DNA from: Myxococcota bacterium
Lineage (GTDB): Bacteria > Myxococcota_A > Polyangia > HGW-17
Length of the DNA stretch: 64,000 nucleotides
Reading direction: 5' to 3'
Assembly: GCA_018821305.1 (NCBI GenBank)
Contig: JAHJMN010000131.1
Span: forward strand, 44,106-108,105
Shown here: one piece after another, positions 19,067 to 29,058 of the stretch
Layout of the letters: every line of letters starts with the position of its first letter
How positions within the stretch are numbered: the first letter of the stretch is position 1
Made by a program: the position numbers and the translations under genes
The notes under the pieces: model-generated
Told to the model about the DNA's origin: nothing
Database searches by the model: none
What the model saw: the letters and a program-made list of their open reading frames with translations, nothing else

Positions 19067-20253
19067 TTGTCCTTACTGCTTTTAAGGGTAATAAGTACAA
19101 TTTCCGGGGGGTTTAAAAATCGAATTGGAGGTCCCCAGAAACCCGCACCTGATGTTGTATATACAAGTAGATTCCCGGATTTTGTCAATCCATGTCCGAG
19201 AGATGGGAAAAAATAAGTTAAAATTGTGAGAGGGAAGAACTGTCCACCATGTGTATGTCCTGATAACATAAGGTTGTAATCAGCCTTTTTTGCATCGTCT
19301 GAAACACTGGGTCGATGAGCAATCAGGATTCGATAATCTGACAGGCCAGACCCAACCAGAGCTCTGACAGGGTTGCGGGTTCTTTTTGTTTTTCCACCGG
19401 ACCAGCGGAATTCATCAGTGATTCCCGCGAGAACAAGTTTTTTACCGGATTTTTCAAAACTCTTAAAACTTTCCGTCAGTACATTTATTCCAAGGGATTC
19501 AAGGCGATGTCCCCAGGAGGAAAAATTCCAGTACAATTCATGATTTCCAGGAGAAAAAAAGACAGGCTTTTTAAGTTTCATAAGTGGTTTAAGATGAGGA
19601 AAAACCTTATTGATGGGGCCATCCACCATATCTCCAGCAATAACAACGAAATCATGGTCAATACTATTAATGACTCGGACAATCTTTTCCACGGATGATC
19701 TTTTAAGGGTTGGACCGATATGCATGTCCGAAATCAGGATTATTTTCAAACCGGAAAATTCCTCAGGTAGTCGAGAATCAATAATTTCAACTTTTTTAAG
19801 ATGTGGAGTTGAAAATGCCTGAATCAATCCTGTGACTAACCACAGGATTGATAAAAAAAAGATAATATAAACACTTGTCGGTAACAGAGTATTGATTTTT
19901 CTCGCTGGAAATATTTTTCGCTGAAATAGTTTTTCAGTTATAAAATTGATGGTTTTCCATAAAATAAGCAAAAAATCCCTGATAAAAGACAGGAAAGCAA
20001 TAAAAAGAAGGAAGATCATGAAGGTGTAAAAAGCAGTCATGAATACTTCAATGTGATCATACCGATAAAAACGATCAAACCGCCTTAGTATCCAAATTAT
20101 AAAAAGAAGACACAAAAGTAAAAGCCAGAGAAGTTTTTTGATTCGTGGCTTAAGGGGAAGAAGTCCAATAGTCCTGCTTCCAAGATAATAAACAAAAATT
20201 CCATAAACTAGCGTGCTTATAGTAATAAAAATGATGTATTTATATAGTGGCAT
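19063..20253 (-). CDS. membrane-anchored metallophosphoesterase (calcineurin-like)
   Basis: N-terminal TM helices are followed by motifs 'ISDMHIG', 'IAGDMVDG', 'GNHE' and 'SGHTHGGQ'. The start was refined to MPLYKY (GAGGTG SD); the ORF-track start at 20328 is probably too long. Confidence 0.8.
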   Translation of the reverse strand: MPLYKYIIFITISTLVYGIFVYYLGSRTIGLLPLKPRIKKLLWLLLLCLLFIIWILRRFDRFYRYDHIEVFMTAFYTFMIFLLFIAFLSFIRDFLLILWKTINFITEKLFQRKIFPARKINTLLPTSVYIIFFLSILWLVTGLIQAFSTPHLKKVEIIDSRLPEEFSGLKIILISDMHIGPTLKRSSVEKIVRVINSIDHDFVVIAGDMVDGPINKVFPHLKPLMKLKKPVFFSPGNHELYWNFSSWGHRLESLGINVLTESFKSFEKSGKKLVLAGITDEFRWSGGKTKRTRNPVRALVGSGLSDYRILIAHRPSVSDDAKKADYNLMLSGHTHGGQFFPLTILTYFFPSLGHGLTKSGNLLVYTTSGAGFWGPPIRFLNPPEIVLITLKSSKDK

Positions 20254-20351
20254 TAATAGCACCTCAATGATAAAATATAGGCATTGATTACGATTAGTAA
20301 ATGGATTCGGGATTCCGAAATATCCCATCCAGTTATATGAGGAGGTAAAAA

Positions 20352-21821
20352 ATGAAAAATTTGATTTTATTGGCTATTATAGCAATGATATTATGTGGTT
20401 GCGATGATGATGTTGTTGATAAAACAGTGTGTTCCGATGGAGTTGCTCAAGGGATAGAAGACTGTGATGGGAGTGATTTAAAAAATTCAAATTGTGAGGA
20501 TTTGGGTTTTTATTATGGAATTCTTTCCTGTAAAGAAGATTGTACCTTTGATACATCACAGTGTTCTGGATTTTGTGGTGATGGAATTCGTGACGACATT
20601 GAAGAGTGCGATGGTGAGGATCATGTGGAAACTTGCACCAGCCTTGGACTTGGAAGTGGAAATCTGATTTGTACTCAAGGATGTCTGTGGGACACGTCTG
20701 GTTGTGAAATACAATTTGCTTGCGGAGATGGTTTTGTCACCGGCAATGAAGAATGTGATGGCAGTAATTTTGATGAAGAAACCTGTGCAAGTCTGGGATT
20801 TGCCGGAGGCGATCTTGGCTGCACGGCAGAATGCCAGCTTGATACTTCCGGTTGTGAAACCCCAAGTAATTGCGGTGATGAAGTGATTGACACTGGTGAA
20901 GAATGTGATGGCAGTAATTTAGGGGGAGAAACCTGTGAAACACAAGGATATTCAGGAGGTACACTCAATTGTACGACCCTATGCAGTTTTGATTTCAGTG
21001 CATGCGGGAATTCCGAAATTGAAATAGTATGTGGTCGATGGAATTCCGACAGGCAGGACATGAGCGAAGGAACCTGGTCAGGATCTGTTGCAACATGCAA
21101 TGCCGGTGACATCAGCAGTAATGGCAGAGCAAATGCTTTAAAACTTGTAAATCTTTATCGCTGGATTGCGGATCTTCCAGCAGTGACGACTGATTCTACA
21201 CTGGATGCCAAAGCTCAGGAATGTGCTCTTATGATGACGGCAAACGGTCAATTGAATCACTCTCCTCCAGGTAGTTGGGATTGTTACACATCTGATGGTG
21301 CTCAGGCTGCTGGTTCATCTAACCTGGCTGGAACATCGGGGGTTGGTGCAGTTGATCTTTATATGGCGGATCCAGGCAATCCAACAACAATTGGGCATCG
21401 AAGGTGGATTCTTTCCAATAGTTTTGGGCCCACAGGACTGGGTTCGACAAATTCTTATTCATGTATGTGGGCATTTGGTTCTTCAAATGCCGGTAAAAGC
21501 TGGACAGCCTGGCCATCACCGGGTGTTTTTCCTTTTCAAGCGGTGACAGCATCATGGACGGGGATTGATTCCACCGGATGGACACTTCAGAGTGATAGTA
21601 TAAATCTTAATAATGCTCAGGTAACTATAACAATGGATGGAATAACTAATCGTCCTGTAAATATAACACAACTCGGGAGTGGATATGGATCCACTTATGC
21701 AATTTCTATGATTCCGCAGGGCTGGACCACTCAGGCTGGACATGTTTATACAGTAAGTGTTACTGGTATAACCCCTGAAATAACTTATGATGTGGAAGTA
21801 ACTGACTGTGCAGGATATTGA
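20352..21821 (+). CDS. lipoprotein with tandem Myxococcus-type cysteine-rich repeats fused to a CAP (SCP/PR-1) domain
   Basis: Lipobox (ILCGC). Five repeats of the 'CGDG...EECDGS..........C..GC..D.S.C' type (TIGR02232-like). The C-terminal half carries CAP-like 'GHRRWILSNSFGPTGLG' and 'NHSPPGSWDCY'. A strong SD GAGGAGG precedes the start. Confidence 0.7.
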   Translation: MKNLILLAIIAMILCGCDDDVVDKTVCSDGVAQGIEDCDGSDLKNSNCEDLGFYYGILSCKEDCTFDTSQCSGFCGDGIRDDIEECDGEDHVETCTSLGLGSGNLICTQGCLWDTSGCEIQFACGDGFVTGNEECDGSNFDEETCASLGFAGGDLGCTAECQLDTSGCETPSNCGDEVIDTGEECDGSNLGGETCETQGYSGGTLNCTTLCSFDFSACGNSEIEIVCGRWNSDRQDMSEGTWSGSVATCNAGDISSNGRANALKLVNLYRWIADLPAVTTDSTLDAKAQECALMMTANGQLNHSPPGSWDCYTSDGAQAAGSSNLAGTSGVGAVDLYMADPGNPTTIGHRRWILSNSFGPTGLGSTNSYSCMWAFGSSNAGKSWTAWPSPGVFPFQAVTASWTGIDSTGWTLQSDSINLNNAQVTITMDGITNRPVNITQLGSGYGSTYAISMIPQGWTTQAGHVYTVSVTGITPEITYDVEVTDCAGY

Positions 21822-21841
21822 TCCCTCAGAGAATTTTGTTT

Positions 21842-23851
21842 TCAACGACCAGGAGTGAGGGTCCATGCATAGCTGACTTTTGCTACTCCACCTTGAGGTT
21901 GAGGGAATTTCCAGACGGAGATTCGTGAACAAATACATCTACCAACTTCTGGCATTGAGAGATTTTCAATTATATTACAAGAAGAGCCTCTGCCCAGGAT
22001 GGTAATAAAAAATTCAACACGAATTGTTCCGCTTAAATTTTCATTAGACATCAGTGATTTTTGATAGCAATGATGGACTTCATTACGATGTGCCATAATT
22101 GCGCTTCGGACTTCCATAGGATCAAGTTTTCCGAAAACTTCTGCTCGTCCGGGACGGATTTTGATAGGTCGTTTTGCAACGTTATCTAAACTTTTAAACT
22201 TTGGTCCAATCGGTCCACCAGGGCCATCAAAAATTCCACCGAATCCTGGATTACCATTCCCAATAATACCAAGATTTCCAGGGGTTTGGTCTCCACCGAA
22301 ACCACCACGGCGCATAGGGTTGAAATCTGCTCCTTCGGCATCGGGATCGGCATCTCCCAGTAAATCATCGAAGTTCTCAGATTCCTGCCCAAATACAGTG
22401 TTTGAAGCAGTAAGAGATGCAGTAAATACATTGACTGTGTTTGAGAGAACGTTGGCAACGCCAGTTGATTGAGATGAAGTTACTTTCTGGACACCGCTAC
22501 TTGGAGAACCATCAGTTTTTGAGTGGTTTCGAGGATCTGGAGTAGTCGATGAATTGTTTTTATTATTGTAGGTAACTTGATGAATTATTTTTTTATCATC
22601 AGGCTTAATAACAGTTTTCAGTTTTTCCGGAACAATTGATGTGCGTTGAGGCATTTTTATTAAAGTCTGAACTACGAGTTCCTGTTGTTCAACGTTTTCG
22701 GAAAACAAAGGATCATCTTTAAGATGCGAAAAATATAGAGCGCATATGCCTGCAAAAGTCAAAGATATGAATGCCATAAGGGCAAAAAGATTTCCTTCGA
22801 ATTTGACAGGATATTTAACATTCTGACGATTGAGTCCTCGTATTAAAAAATTAAAATTTCCATAATTTATTTTTATGCGGCTATCGGAAGGGATTGTGTA
22901 TTCATATGTGTTTGAAAACTCAGATGAGAGTCTTGCAATTCCTTCGGAAGCCAATTCCGAAAGCATAAATTTTTCACCACTGGCATCCTGAACTGTTCCT
23001 TCCATGAATGGAGAAAATTGAAGTCGGAAGCCACCAAGCGTTGAACGCATAATGAGCGGAAAACAAGGATCTGGAAGTTGATTTGAAGGACAGTGAAAAG
23101 AAGCTTTGGGATCCTCACCAATTGTGTAACCATTTTGAGTTTGTCTTCTTCTGTATAGGCTGGCAAATGCGCCACCGAGGAGGATCATTCCTGTCAGTGC
23201 AAGTAAAATCCCCGCTATTTCTGCACCTGCATCTCCACGCACAGCAGGAACAAATTTGTCTGAAAGACCACGGTTTTTCGCTATTTCCCTTATAATAGAG
23301 TTAAACTCATTTTGCTGATTTACTATATTAATTGCATGCCAACCTAGAAAAATTCCACCTGCAATCAGTAGTACACCGATGGAAATTGCCACAATGGAAA
23401 ACACTGGTTTCTTTTCTTTATTGATGTGATCCGTGAGAACCTCTGTACCTATGGCATCATCACCCATGAAACCTGTAACAAGAAGGTCTTGCGGGTTGAT
23501 TTTTTCAGGATTTATCTTTTCTAAGACACTGGGCGATTTGATAAATATTATTGTATTTCCAATTGTGATCTCGTCTCCATTTGAGATTATTGATTTTGTA
23601 ATTTTTTTATTATTCAGAAAAGTTCCTCCTGGGCCTGCTGCATCTGTCAGAATAATTTCACCGGTTTCGGACACTGTTATTGTTGAATGGACAATTGCAA
23701 GGGTCGGATCTTCAATCCTTAGTTCTGAGGTTTCTCCGCGACCGACCCTTATTGTTTGCCCGGCAAGAGTTTTTTGCATGCGGAATACTGTTTTTCCTGA
23801 ACTTTCTCTTGTGTAGATTTTGAAAGTGATTTCGTTTAAAGGGTTATTCAT
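21842..23851 (-). CDS. FHA-domain membrane protein with Gly-rich region and TonB_C/AgmX-like C-terminal domain
   Basis: N-terminal FHA ('VGRGETSELRIEDPTLAIVHSTITVSETGEIILTDAAGPGGTFLNNKKI'). Three or more TM helices. Gly-rich tract 'RRGGFGGDQTPGNLGIIGNGNPGFGG'. The C-terminus 'GTIRVEFFI...GGVAKVSYAWTL' resembles the TonB C-terminal fold. Confidence 0.7.
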   Translation of the reverse strand: MNNPLNEITFKIYTRESSGKTVFRMQKTLAGQTIRVGRGETSELRIEDPTLAIVHSTITVSETGEIILTDAAGPGGTFLNNKKITKSIISNGDEITIGNTIIFIKSPSVLEKINPEKINPQDLLVTGFMGDDAIGTEVLTDHINKEKKPVFSIVAISIGVLLIAGGIFLGWHAINIVNQQNEFNSIIREIAKNRGLSDKFVPAVRGDAGAEIAGILLALTGMILLGGAFASLYRRRQTQNGYTIGEDPKASFHCPSNQLPDPCFPLIMRSTLGGFRLQFSPFMEGTVQDASGEKFMLSELASEGIARLSSEFSNTYEYTIPSDSRIKINYGNFNFLIRGLNRQNVKYPVKFEGNLFALMAFISLTFAGICALYFSHLKDDPLFSENVEQQELVVQTLIKMPQRTSIVPEKLKTVIKPDDKKIIHQVTYNNKNNSSTTPDPRNHSKTDGSPSSGVQKVTSSQSTGVANVLSNTVNVFTASLTASNTVFGQESENFDDLLGDADPDAEGADFNPMRRGGFGGDQTPGNLGIIGNGNPGFGGIFDGPGGPIGPKFKSLDNVAKRPIKIRPGRAEVFGKLDPMEVRSAIMAHRNEVHHCYQKSLMSNENLSGTIRVEFFITILGRGSSCNIIENLSMPEVGRCICSRISVWKFPQPQGGVAKVSYAWTLTPGR

Positions 23852-24100
23852 AGTGTCCTCCCTTATCCCACCGCAAAAATGGGGATTTATGGTAAAGTTA
23901 TTTCCATATTGTTGAAGTTATAGTTTTTTTTAAACTGTTTAAAAACGTTCAGTCATGTTATTTTACGGTGACGTTGAAATTTTCTATTCAATGATTTTCA
24001 AAAAATAAAAAAAAATAAGATTTCGGAATTAAAACTCTTGAATTGTAAGAGGCAGGTAACTAAAATAGACAATATTAATTTCTAACCGTGGAGGTAGACC

Positions 24101-24367
24101 ATGAAAAAATTTTTTGCTTCAAGCGTATTGGTTATTGCTCTTTTAATTCCTGTTACGGCATCCGCAAAGGTATGTTTTCATTGTAGTGGGAAAAAACCTG
24201 TTAAGTATGTTTGTGCGGCCAAGGACACATTTACTGCTCGAAAGAATGCCAGGAAGCTTGGTTGCAAGATAACTGGTTATGTCGGTAGTTGTAAGTGCGG
24301 TGCTAATGTATCCCACAAGATCGATTTCGAAACAGTACCTTATTGGATGAGCCTCCTTGTTAAATAA
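24101..24367 (+). CDS. small secreted cysteine-rich protein (88 aa)
   Basis: Sec signal 'MKKFFASSVLVIALLIPVTASA'. The mature part has eight Cys in a basic peptide (CFHCSGKK...CKCGANV). A GGAGG SD is present. Confidence 0.5.
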   Translation: MKKFFASSVLVIALLIPVTASAKVCFHCSGKKPVKYVCAAKDTFTARKNARKLGCKITGYVGSCKCGANVSHKIDFETVPYWMSLLVK

Positions 24368-24548
24368 TCCTCAAAATTTATTAAAAAAATAGTCTTTTGT
24401 TATTCTGAAATTAAAAAATCCAGTATATAAATTCACCAGATTAACCATGCGATGGTACTGAATCCATGGGCAACAATAACTTTAATTACAAACACGATTC
24501 AGTGTATCTTTTCACTAAAAACAGTTCTATTAAAACGGAGATTATTTT

Positions 24549-25214
24549 ATGCCACACAAGAAAAAAATAGTAATCTATTCAATTCTTACTGTTTTTATAA
24601 TTTCAACTGCTGTTCTATCCGGAACCGTTTTCTGGCTTGCTCATAAATTTAAGAATGTTCAACACAAGTCATGGAAAGCATGCAGGAAGTTATCCATGCA
24701 GCATATACTTTTCGAAAAAGCCCGTGAAAAAGCCCGTTCTGAAAATAAGAAATTGGTTGTAATCGGTAATCCCACCGGTGGATGGGTGAACAGGATTGTC
24801 CCAATTTATGGTTGTGGTGATATTTGCATTGATATTGCCGGTTGCAGCCCCTGTCCTGAATCAACAATTATTTACAAAATGGACGCTATAGAAGCTCTTA
24901 AAAAGATTCCAGATAACAGTGCTGTAGTCTTTGAATCGGAAGTTTTTGAATATGTTGGTGATATGCAAAATGCTATCCATGAACTTGACCGAATCACTGG
25001 AAAGGATCATTCACGGATTTTTGCTGTACATACTATAAGTATATCTCACTGGGACTATCATATTGAAGGACGCAAACCAACTCCTCCATGTAAAAATACT
25101 ATTAGAAGCAGAAAAGAGGGGCGAAAAAAATATGCCAAAACCGGAGAAGGAATGGCAAAGCGGATTATTTACCGATTTCCACCCCGGGATCGCTATGAAT
25201 GGTCGGATCTATAA
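24549..25214 (+). CDS. membrane-anchored hypothetical protein
   Basis: One N-terminal TM (IVIYSILTVFIISTAVLSGTVFWLA). A Cys cluster 'YGCGDICIDIAGCSPCPE' follows. Confidence 0.45.
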   Translation: MPHKKKIVIYSILTVFIISTAVLSGTVFWLAHKFKNVQHKSWKACRKLSMQHILFEKAREKARSENKKLVVIGNPTGGWVNRIVPIYGCGDICIDIAGCSPCPESTIIYKMDAIEALKKIPDNSAVVFESEVFEYVGDMQNAIHELDRITGKDHSRIFAVHTISISHWDYHIEGRKPTPPCKNTIRSRKEGRKKYAKTGEGMAKRIIYRFPPRDRYEWSDL

Positions 25215-25371
25215 TAATACCGCGTCCTCTACCTGGGGTCTCTGTTAAAAAATTTCAGGCATTCAGGTAAACAAAAGTGGACATGTAAAAAAACTCTTTT
25301 TCAAAACAGTGCAAATAAGAGTAAAAACTTTTTTCAGAGGGTCGAAATAGAGTTATGTGGAGGTTTAACCC

Positions 25372-25782
25372 ATGAAATTCCAGGTTTCTGAACCCGTTAA
25401 TTACACAATTTTTCTTGAGGGGCCTTTTGGTCCGTTACCTGTTTTTATAAAAGAACTGACTCATTATGGCATTACCATGGCTTCGTCCTCGAGAATCGAA
25501 GTAGGGGATAATGTAAAATTAATATGGAAATCCATGGGGCACGTTCTGCATGAAACTATCGGGACTGCGGTGGATAAGGATGACAAAACCAGAAGCATGA
25601 AAATACTCTTCAATCCAAGAAATTCGGAATTTGAGAAATGGATTGAGTATTGTACCGAAAAAGGACTAATGAACGGATTTGCTCCCGTAGACAGCAAATC
25701 ACATATTCTCCTTGATTGGTCAGATGGACTCTTCAGAAATCTTTCCGTGAACCAGTCACAAACGGTAAAATTTTACGAATAA
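25372..25782 (+). CDS. hypothetical cytoplasmic protein (136 aa)
   Basis: Clean ORF with an SD-like GGAGG upstream. No confident domain is recognisable; a PilZ-like fold was considered but not supported. Confidence 0.4.
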   Translation: MKFQVSEPVNYTIFLEGPFGPLPVFIKELTHYGITMASSSRIEVGDNVKLIWKSMGHVLHETIGTAVDKDDKTRSMKILFNPRNSEFEKWIEYCTEKGLMNGFAPVDSKSHILLDWSDGLFRNLSVNQSQTVKFYE

Positions 25783-25786
25783 ATTT

Positions 25787-28312
25787 TCAAGGGACGAAAT
25801 TCATTGATGACGGTATGTTCCCGCCCCCGGGGAAAGAAATCCCAGCAATGCCATCAGAAATTGAGTTCGAAATGTAGTTAACCGTGATTTTTCCTGAAGA
25901 AAACAGAACAAGTTGGGCATGAAGAGTGTTTGAGACACTGTTATATTCACGACATCTCCAGGTAAAAGCCCAATAGTCTCCTTGGATTGCGTCAGTTCCT
26001 TCATGAATCAGAAATTCATCTCCGTAGGAAATTCTTGTGAGATCGTCCCACATTACTGCGATAACCGGATATGTGAACAGATTGATATCGCTTTCGAAGG
26101 GAATAGAATCTGGTATCTGAGTAAATGATAAAAACCCATTGGAACTGATGTATACTCTGTTGTAGTTGAAGCCGAAGTATGTAAAATCAAAGGGTAAACT
26201 CGAATCATAAATAAAATCGTCCGCAACAGCAAAAGAGTCTGTTGGAATACCAGTTGCAAAAAGTGTTGCATCCTGTGTCACGGATACATCATATGTAAAT
26301 AAGCCAAGGGGCTCGTACGTAATTTGCATTCCAGCAAGGTCTACAGGGCTTGAATCCTGAGTGAACTGCTCCCAATAACCATGTTTTTCAACGCATACTT
26401 CGTTCAGAATGCAGTCACTGTCGAGACAATCACTAAGTCCATCTCCGTCGTTATCCATAGAATCTGAGCAGTTTTGTTCCGTGGAACAAAACGGAAGAAT
26501 GCCAAAGCAGTCAGGATCATCACAGTCAGTTAATCCATCGAGATCATTATCCAGAGTATCGCCGCAGGAAGTTGTCTCCGATGACAGGATTTTCATTATT
26601 TTTAATTTAAATTGGTAAGGATTTTCAGCGATCCAGGCAGGATTTGTTTTTTCAGCAATTATGTAAACAGGAATTCCAGCGGAAAGAAAAGATACTGTCT
26701 CCACACTTTCGTTGTCCTGATTATATGAGAATACAGAAGTGGCATCTTCACAGTCATAGGCCAGATAAAGGTTGATGTGAAATGATAAATCATCTAGAAA
26801 TATCAAATATGTAGCATCTTCAGAAGGAGTGAAGGAGTAAAAGATGTCGATACTGGAGTCCGTATAAATTCCTGCCTGAAATGAATCTGTGTGTCCTTGA
26901 AAAAAATCTTCAATAATACCTTCAGATGCCTCAATTGCCTCGTTGCAGTTGTCTCCTCCGGTAATTGAGTGACAACGATACATTGTGGAAGAAGAATTAT
27001 CATTGATACAAACAGTAGCGGCGGGACATATTTCACTTGTTGAATTTGCGCTGCACTCACTGTCAGGGGTCAGAAGATTTGCTTTATTGATCTGAATCTC
27101 CCAGGGCGACGTGTAGACATTAGACCAGCTTTCTACCGCAAGATAAATCCAACCAGTTGTAGATGGGTAAAATATTATCGTATCTGATGCAGAATCCAGA
27201 CAATTTCCTGAACATTCTTCAAGAACTGCCATTTGGAGAGGATGTTCGCCTTCAGATGAAATCACTAAAATGTCAAGAGGATTAGTCCAGATTGCAAACC
27301 AGCCCTGAGAACCGGAAGTAGAAGGGGGACAATTTGTTCCTGTCAGTGTTGAATCACCAGTAAAATCAATATTGAAATTGCTTCCACTCCAGGTTGATGG
27401 ATAGTTATTTATGTAGAGTGGATTTGAACAATCAGCGCCCGATCCTTGAGGAAAGCAGGAAAAGTCAGAAGGATTACAGATATTTGGGGTTCCACAATCG
27501 TGATAAGTGATCCACTTGAAGCATCCCGTTTCTACCTCGGAGCATATTTGTACCTTTTCATTCAAGCAGCGGAGATTTTCATCGTCAAGATTGCATTCGG
27601 TAACGCAGGGAGTTTCGCACATGGCATTATCTGCGACATTAATGCACTGAAAATCACCACAGCTTTCAAAAGTCCAACCAAAACAATCACTTGGTTCGTT
27701 ATGAATGCAAGTCTTTACAGAAAGATTATCATCGGAACATTCTGTTTGTCCCTCATTTTCACATGGGTATTGACAACCGGAAGCACAGACAGCGTTGCCA
27801 TAACCATCATCAATGCAGATAGAACTCAGGAAACTGCAGTTTTCATGGACAAGCCATTCATTGCAACCAGCGGTGGATGAGCAAACATATACTGTATTAT
27901 CAGTACAAATTTTTTCCCCTTCGATACACTCATCAGGACAAAGACCTTCGCATTGAGAAATATCAAATCGACAGGAAGGATGACATTTCAATGTACCTGA
28001 TTCGTAACCAAAATTTGTACAGTCATTGCCTGCAGGCAAAAATACATCGCATTCCTCGTTGTTTTCAATTATGCCGTTTCCACAATTAGTTGAATAAGGG
28101 GAACACTGAGAATAGTTTATTGTGCAATCATCGTTACAGACTAGAGTGCCTGAATCAAAACCCGCATCCTGACAGTCAGAATAACGGAAAATAGCACCGT
28201 CACATTGTTCCCCGGGGTCGAGAAAACCATTTCCACACAGCTCTTTGGTTCCGGATTTTCCCTCACAGGAGATTAAAGCAAGCGTTAAAATATAAATAAT
28301 AAATAACTTCAT
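25787..28312 (-). CDS. large secreted lipoprotein (841 aa) with N-terminal Myxococcus-type Cys-rich repeats and an EGF-like Cys-rich region
   Basis: Lipobox (LISC). Two 'CGNG..D.GE.CDG' repeats are followed by more than 60 further Cys. The C-terminal roughly 400 aa are Cys-poor and beta-rich. Confidence 0.6.
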   Translation of the reverse strand: MKLFIIYILTLALISCEGKSGTKELCGNGFLDPGEQCDGAIFRYSDCQDAGFDSGTLVCNDDCTINYSQCSPYSTNCGNGIIENNEECDVFLPAGNDCTNFGYESGTLKCHPSCRFDISQCEGLCPDECIEGEKICTDNTVYVCSSTAGCNEWLVHENCSFLSSICIDDGYGNAVCASGCQYPCENEGQTECSDDNLSVKTCIHNEPSDCFGWTFESCGDFQCINVADNAMCETPCVTECNLDDENLRCLNEKVQICSEVETGCFKWITYHDCGTPNICNPSDFSCFPQGSGADCSNPLYINNYPSTWSGSNFNIDFTGDSTLTGTNCPPSTSGSQGWFAIWTNPLDILVISSEGEHPLQMAVLEECSGNCLDSASDTIIFYPSTTGWIYLAVESWSNVYTSPWEIQINKANLLTPDSECSANSTSEICPAATVCINDNSSSTMYRCHSITGGDNCNEAIEASEGIIEDFFQGHTDSFQAGIYTDSSIDIFYSFTPSEDATYLIFLDDLSFHINLYLAYDCEDATSVFSYNQDNESVETVSFLSAGIPVYIIAEKTNPAWIAENPYQFKLKIMKILSSETTSCGDTLDNDLDGLTDCDDPDCFGILPFCSTEQNCSDSMDNDGDGLSDCLDSDCILNEVCVEKHGYWEQFTQDSSPVDLAGMQITYEPLGLFTYDVSVTQDATLFATGIPTDSFAVADDFIYDSSLPFDFTYFGFNYNRVYISSNGFLSFTQIPDSIPFESDINLFTYPVIAVMWDDLTRISYGDEFLIHEGTDAIQGDYWAFTWRCREYNSVSNTLHAQLVLFSSGKITVNYISNSISDGIAGISFPGGGNIPSSMNFVP

Positions 28313-28575
28313 TTTTTCATCCGGAGGCAGATGTCACCAATGGATCAGGTTATATAACGGGACAAACTTGTTGCCATCTCCATAGTTTCATATAGTTTAC
28401 TGTAATGTTTCTGGCAAACAAATAGTAATACGAAATAAAAAACCATACCACAGTATTGAATTTTGATCCCATAAAGTGCATTGTCCCTGTTTGCCTGGAT
28501 AAAGAGAAAAACTCTCAGGCAAGGTCAATTTCTATTGTATTAGAGTAAGTATTTATATTCAATGGAGAAATTAAA

Positions 28576-29058
28576 ATGATTTCAACAAGTCCAAAGACAG
28601 TATTTCTTGGACTGGGTTCTAATATTGAACCAAGAAAGTCTTATCTCGACTCTGCGATAGCAAAATTAAAACTTCTTGAGAATGTTATCGATGTCACATG
28701 CAGTAGGATATATGAGACAAAACCCCTGGGAAACAGTTTAAATAATTATCTTAATATGGCGGTTAAATTATCAGTTAAAGATTTGGAACCGCTGGGTTTT
28801 TTACGTGATATTAATTCAATAGAAGTAAGTTTGGGTAGGATAAGGAAAGAAAAATGGGGAGATCGGACAATTGATATAGATATTTTAATGTGGGATACAG
28901 AAATTATTCGCGAAAAGGATCTTACGGTACCTCATCCGGAAATGACCAAGAGGTTGTTTGTACTGGATCCACTGATGGATCTTGATCCCCATTGGGTTCA
29001 TCCCGTTGAGAAAAGAACAATATCTGAAATATGGAAAAATATTAAAGGTGAAAAATGA
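28576..29058 (+). CDS. folK: 2-amino-4-hydroxy-6-hydroxymethyldihydropteridine pyrophosphokinase (HPPK)
   Basis: Motifs 'VFLGLGSN', 'IYETKPLG', 'WGDRTIDIDIL' and 'LTVPHPEM' are present. It overlaps nadE by 4 nt. Confidence 0.85.
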   Translation: MISTSPKTVFLGLGSNIEPRKSYLDSAIAKLKLLENVIDVTCSRIYETKPLGNSLNNYLNMAVKLSVKDLEPLGFLRDINSIEVSLGRIRKEKWGDRTIDIDILMWDTEIIREKDLTVPHPEMTKRLFVLDPLMDLDPHWVHPVEKRTISEIWKNIKGEK

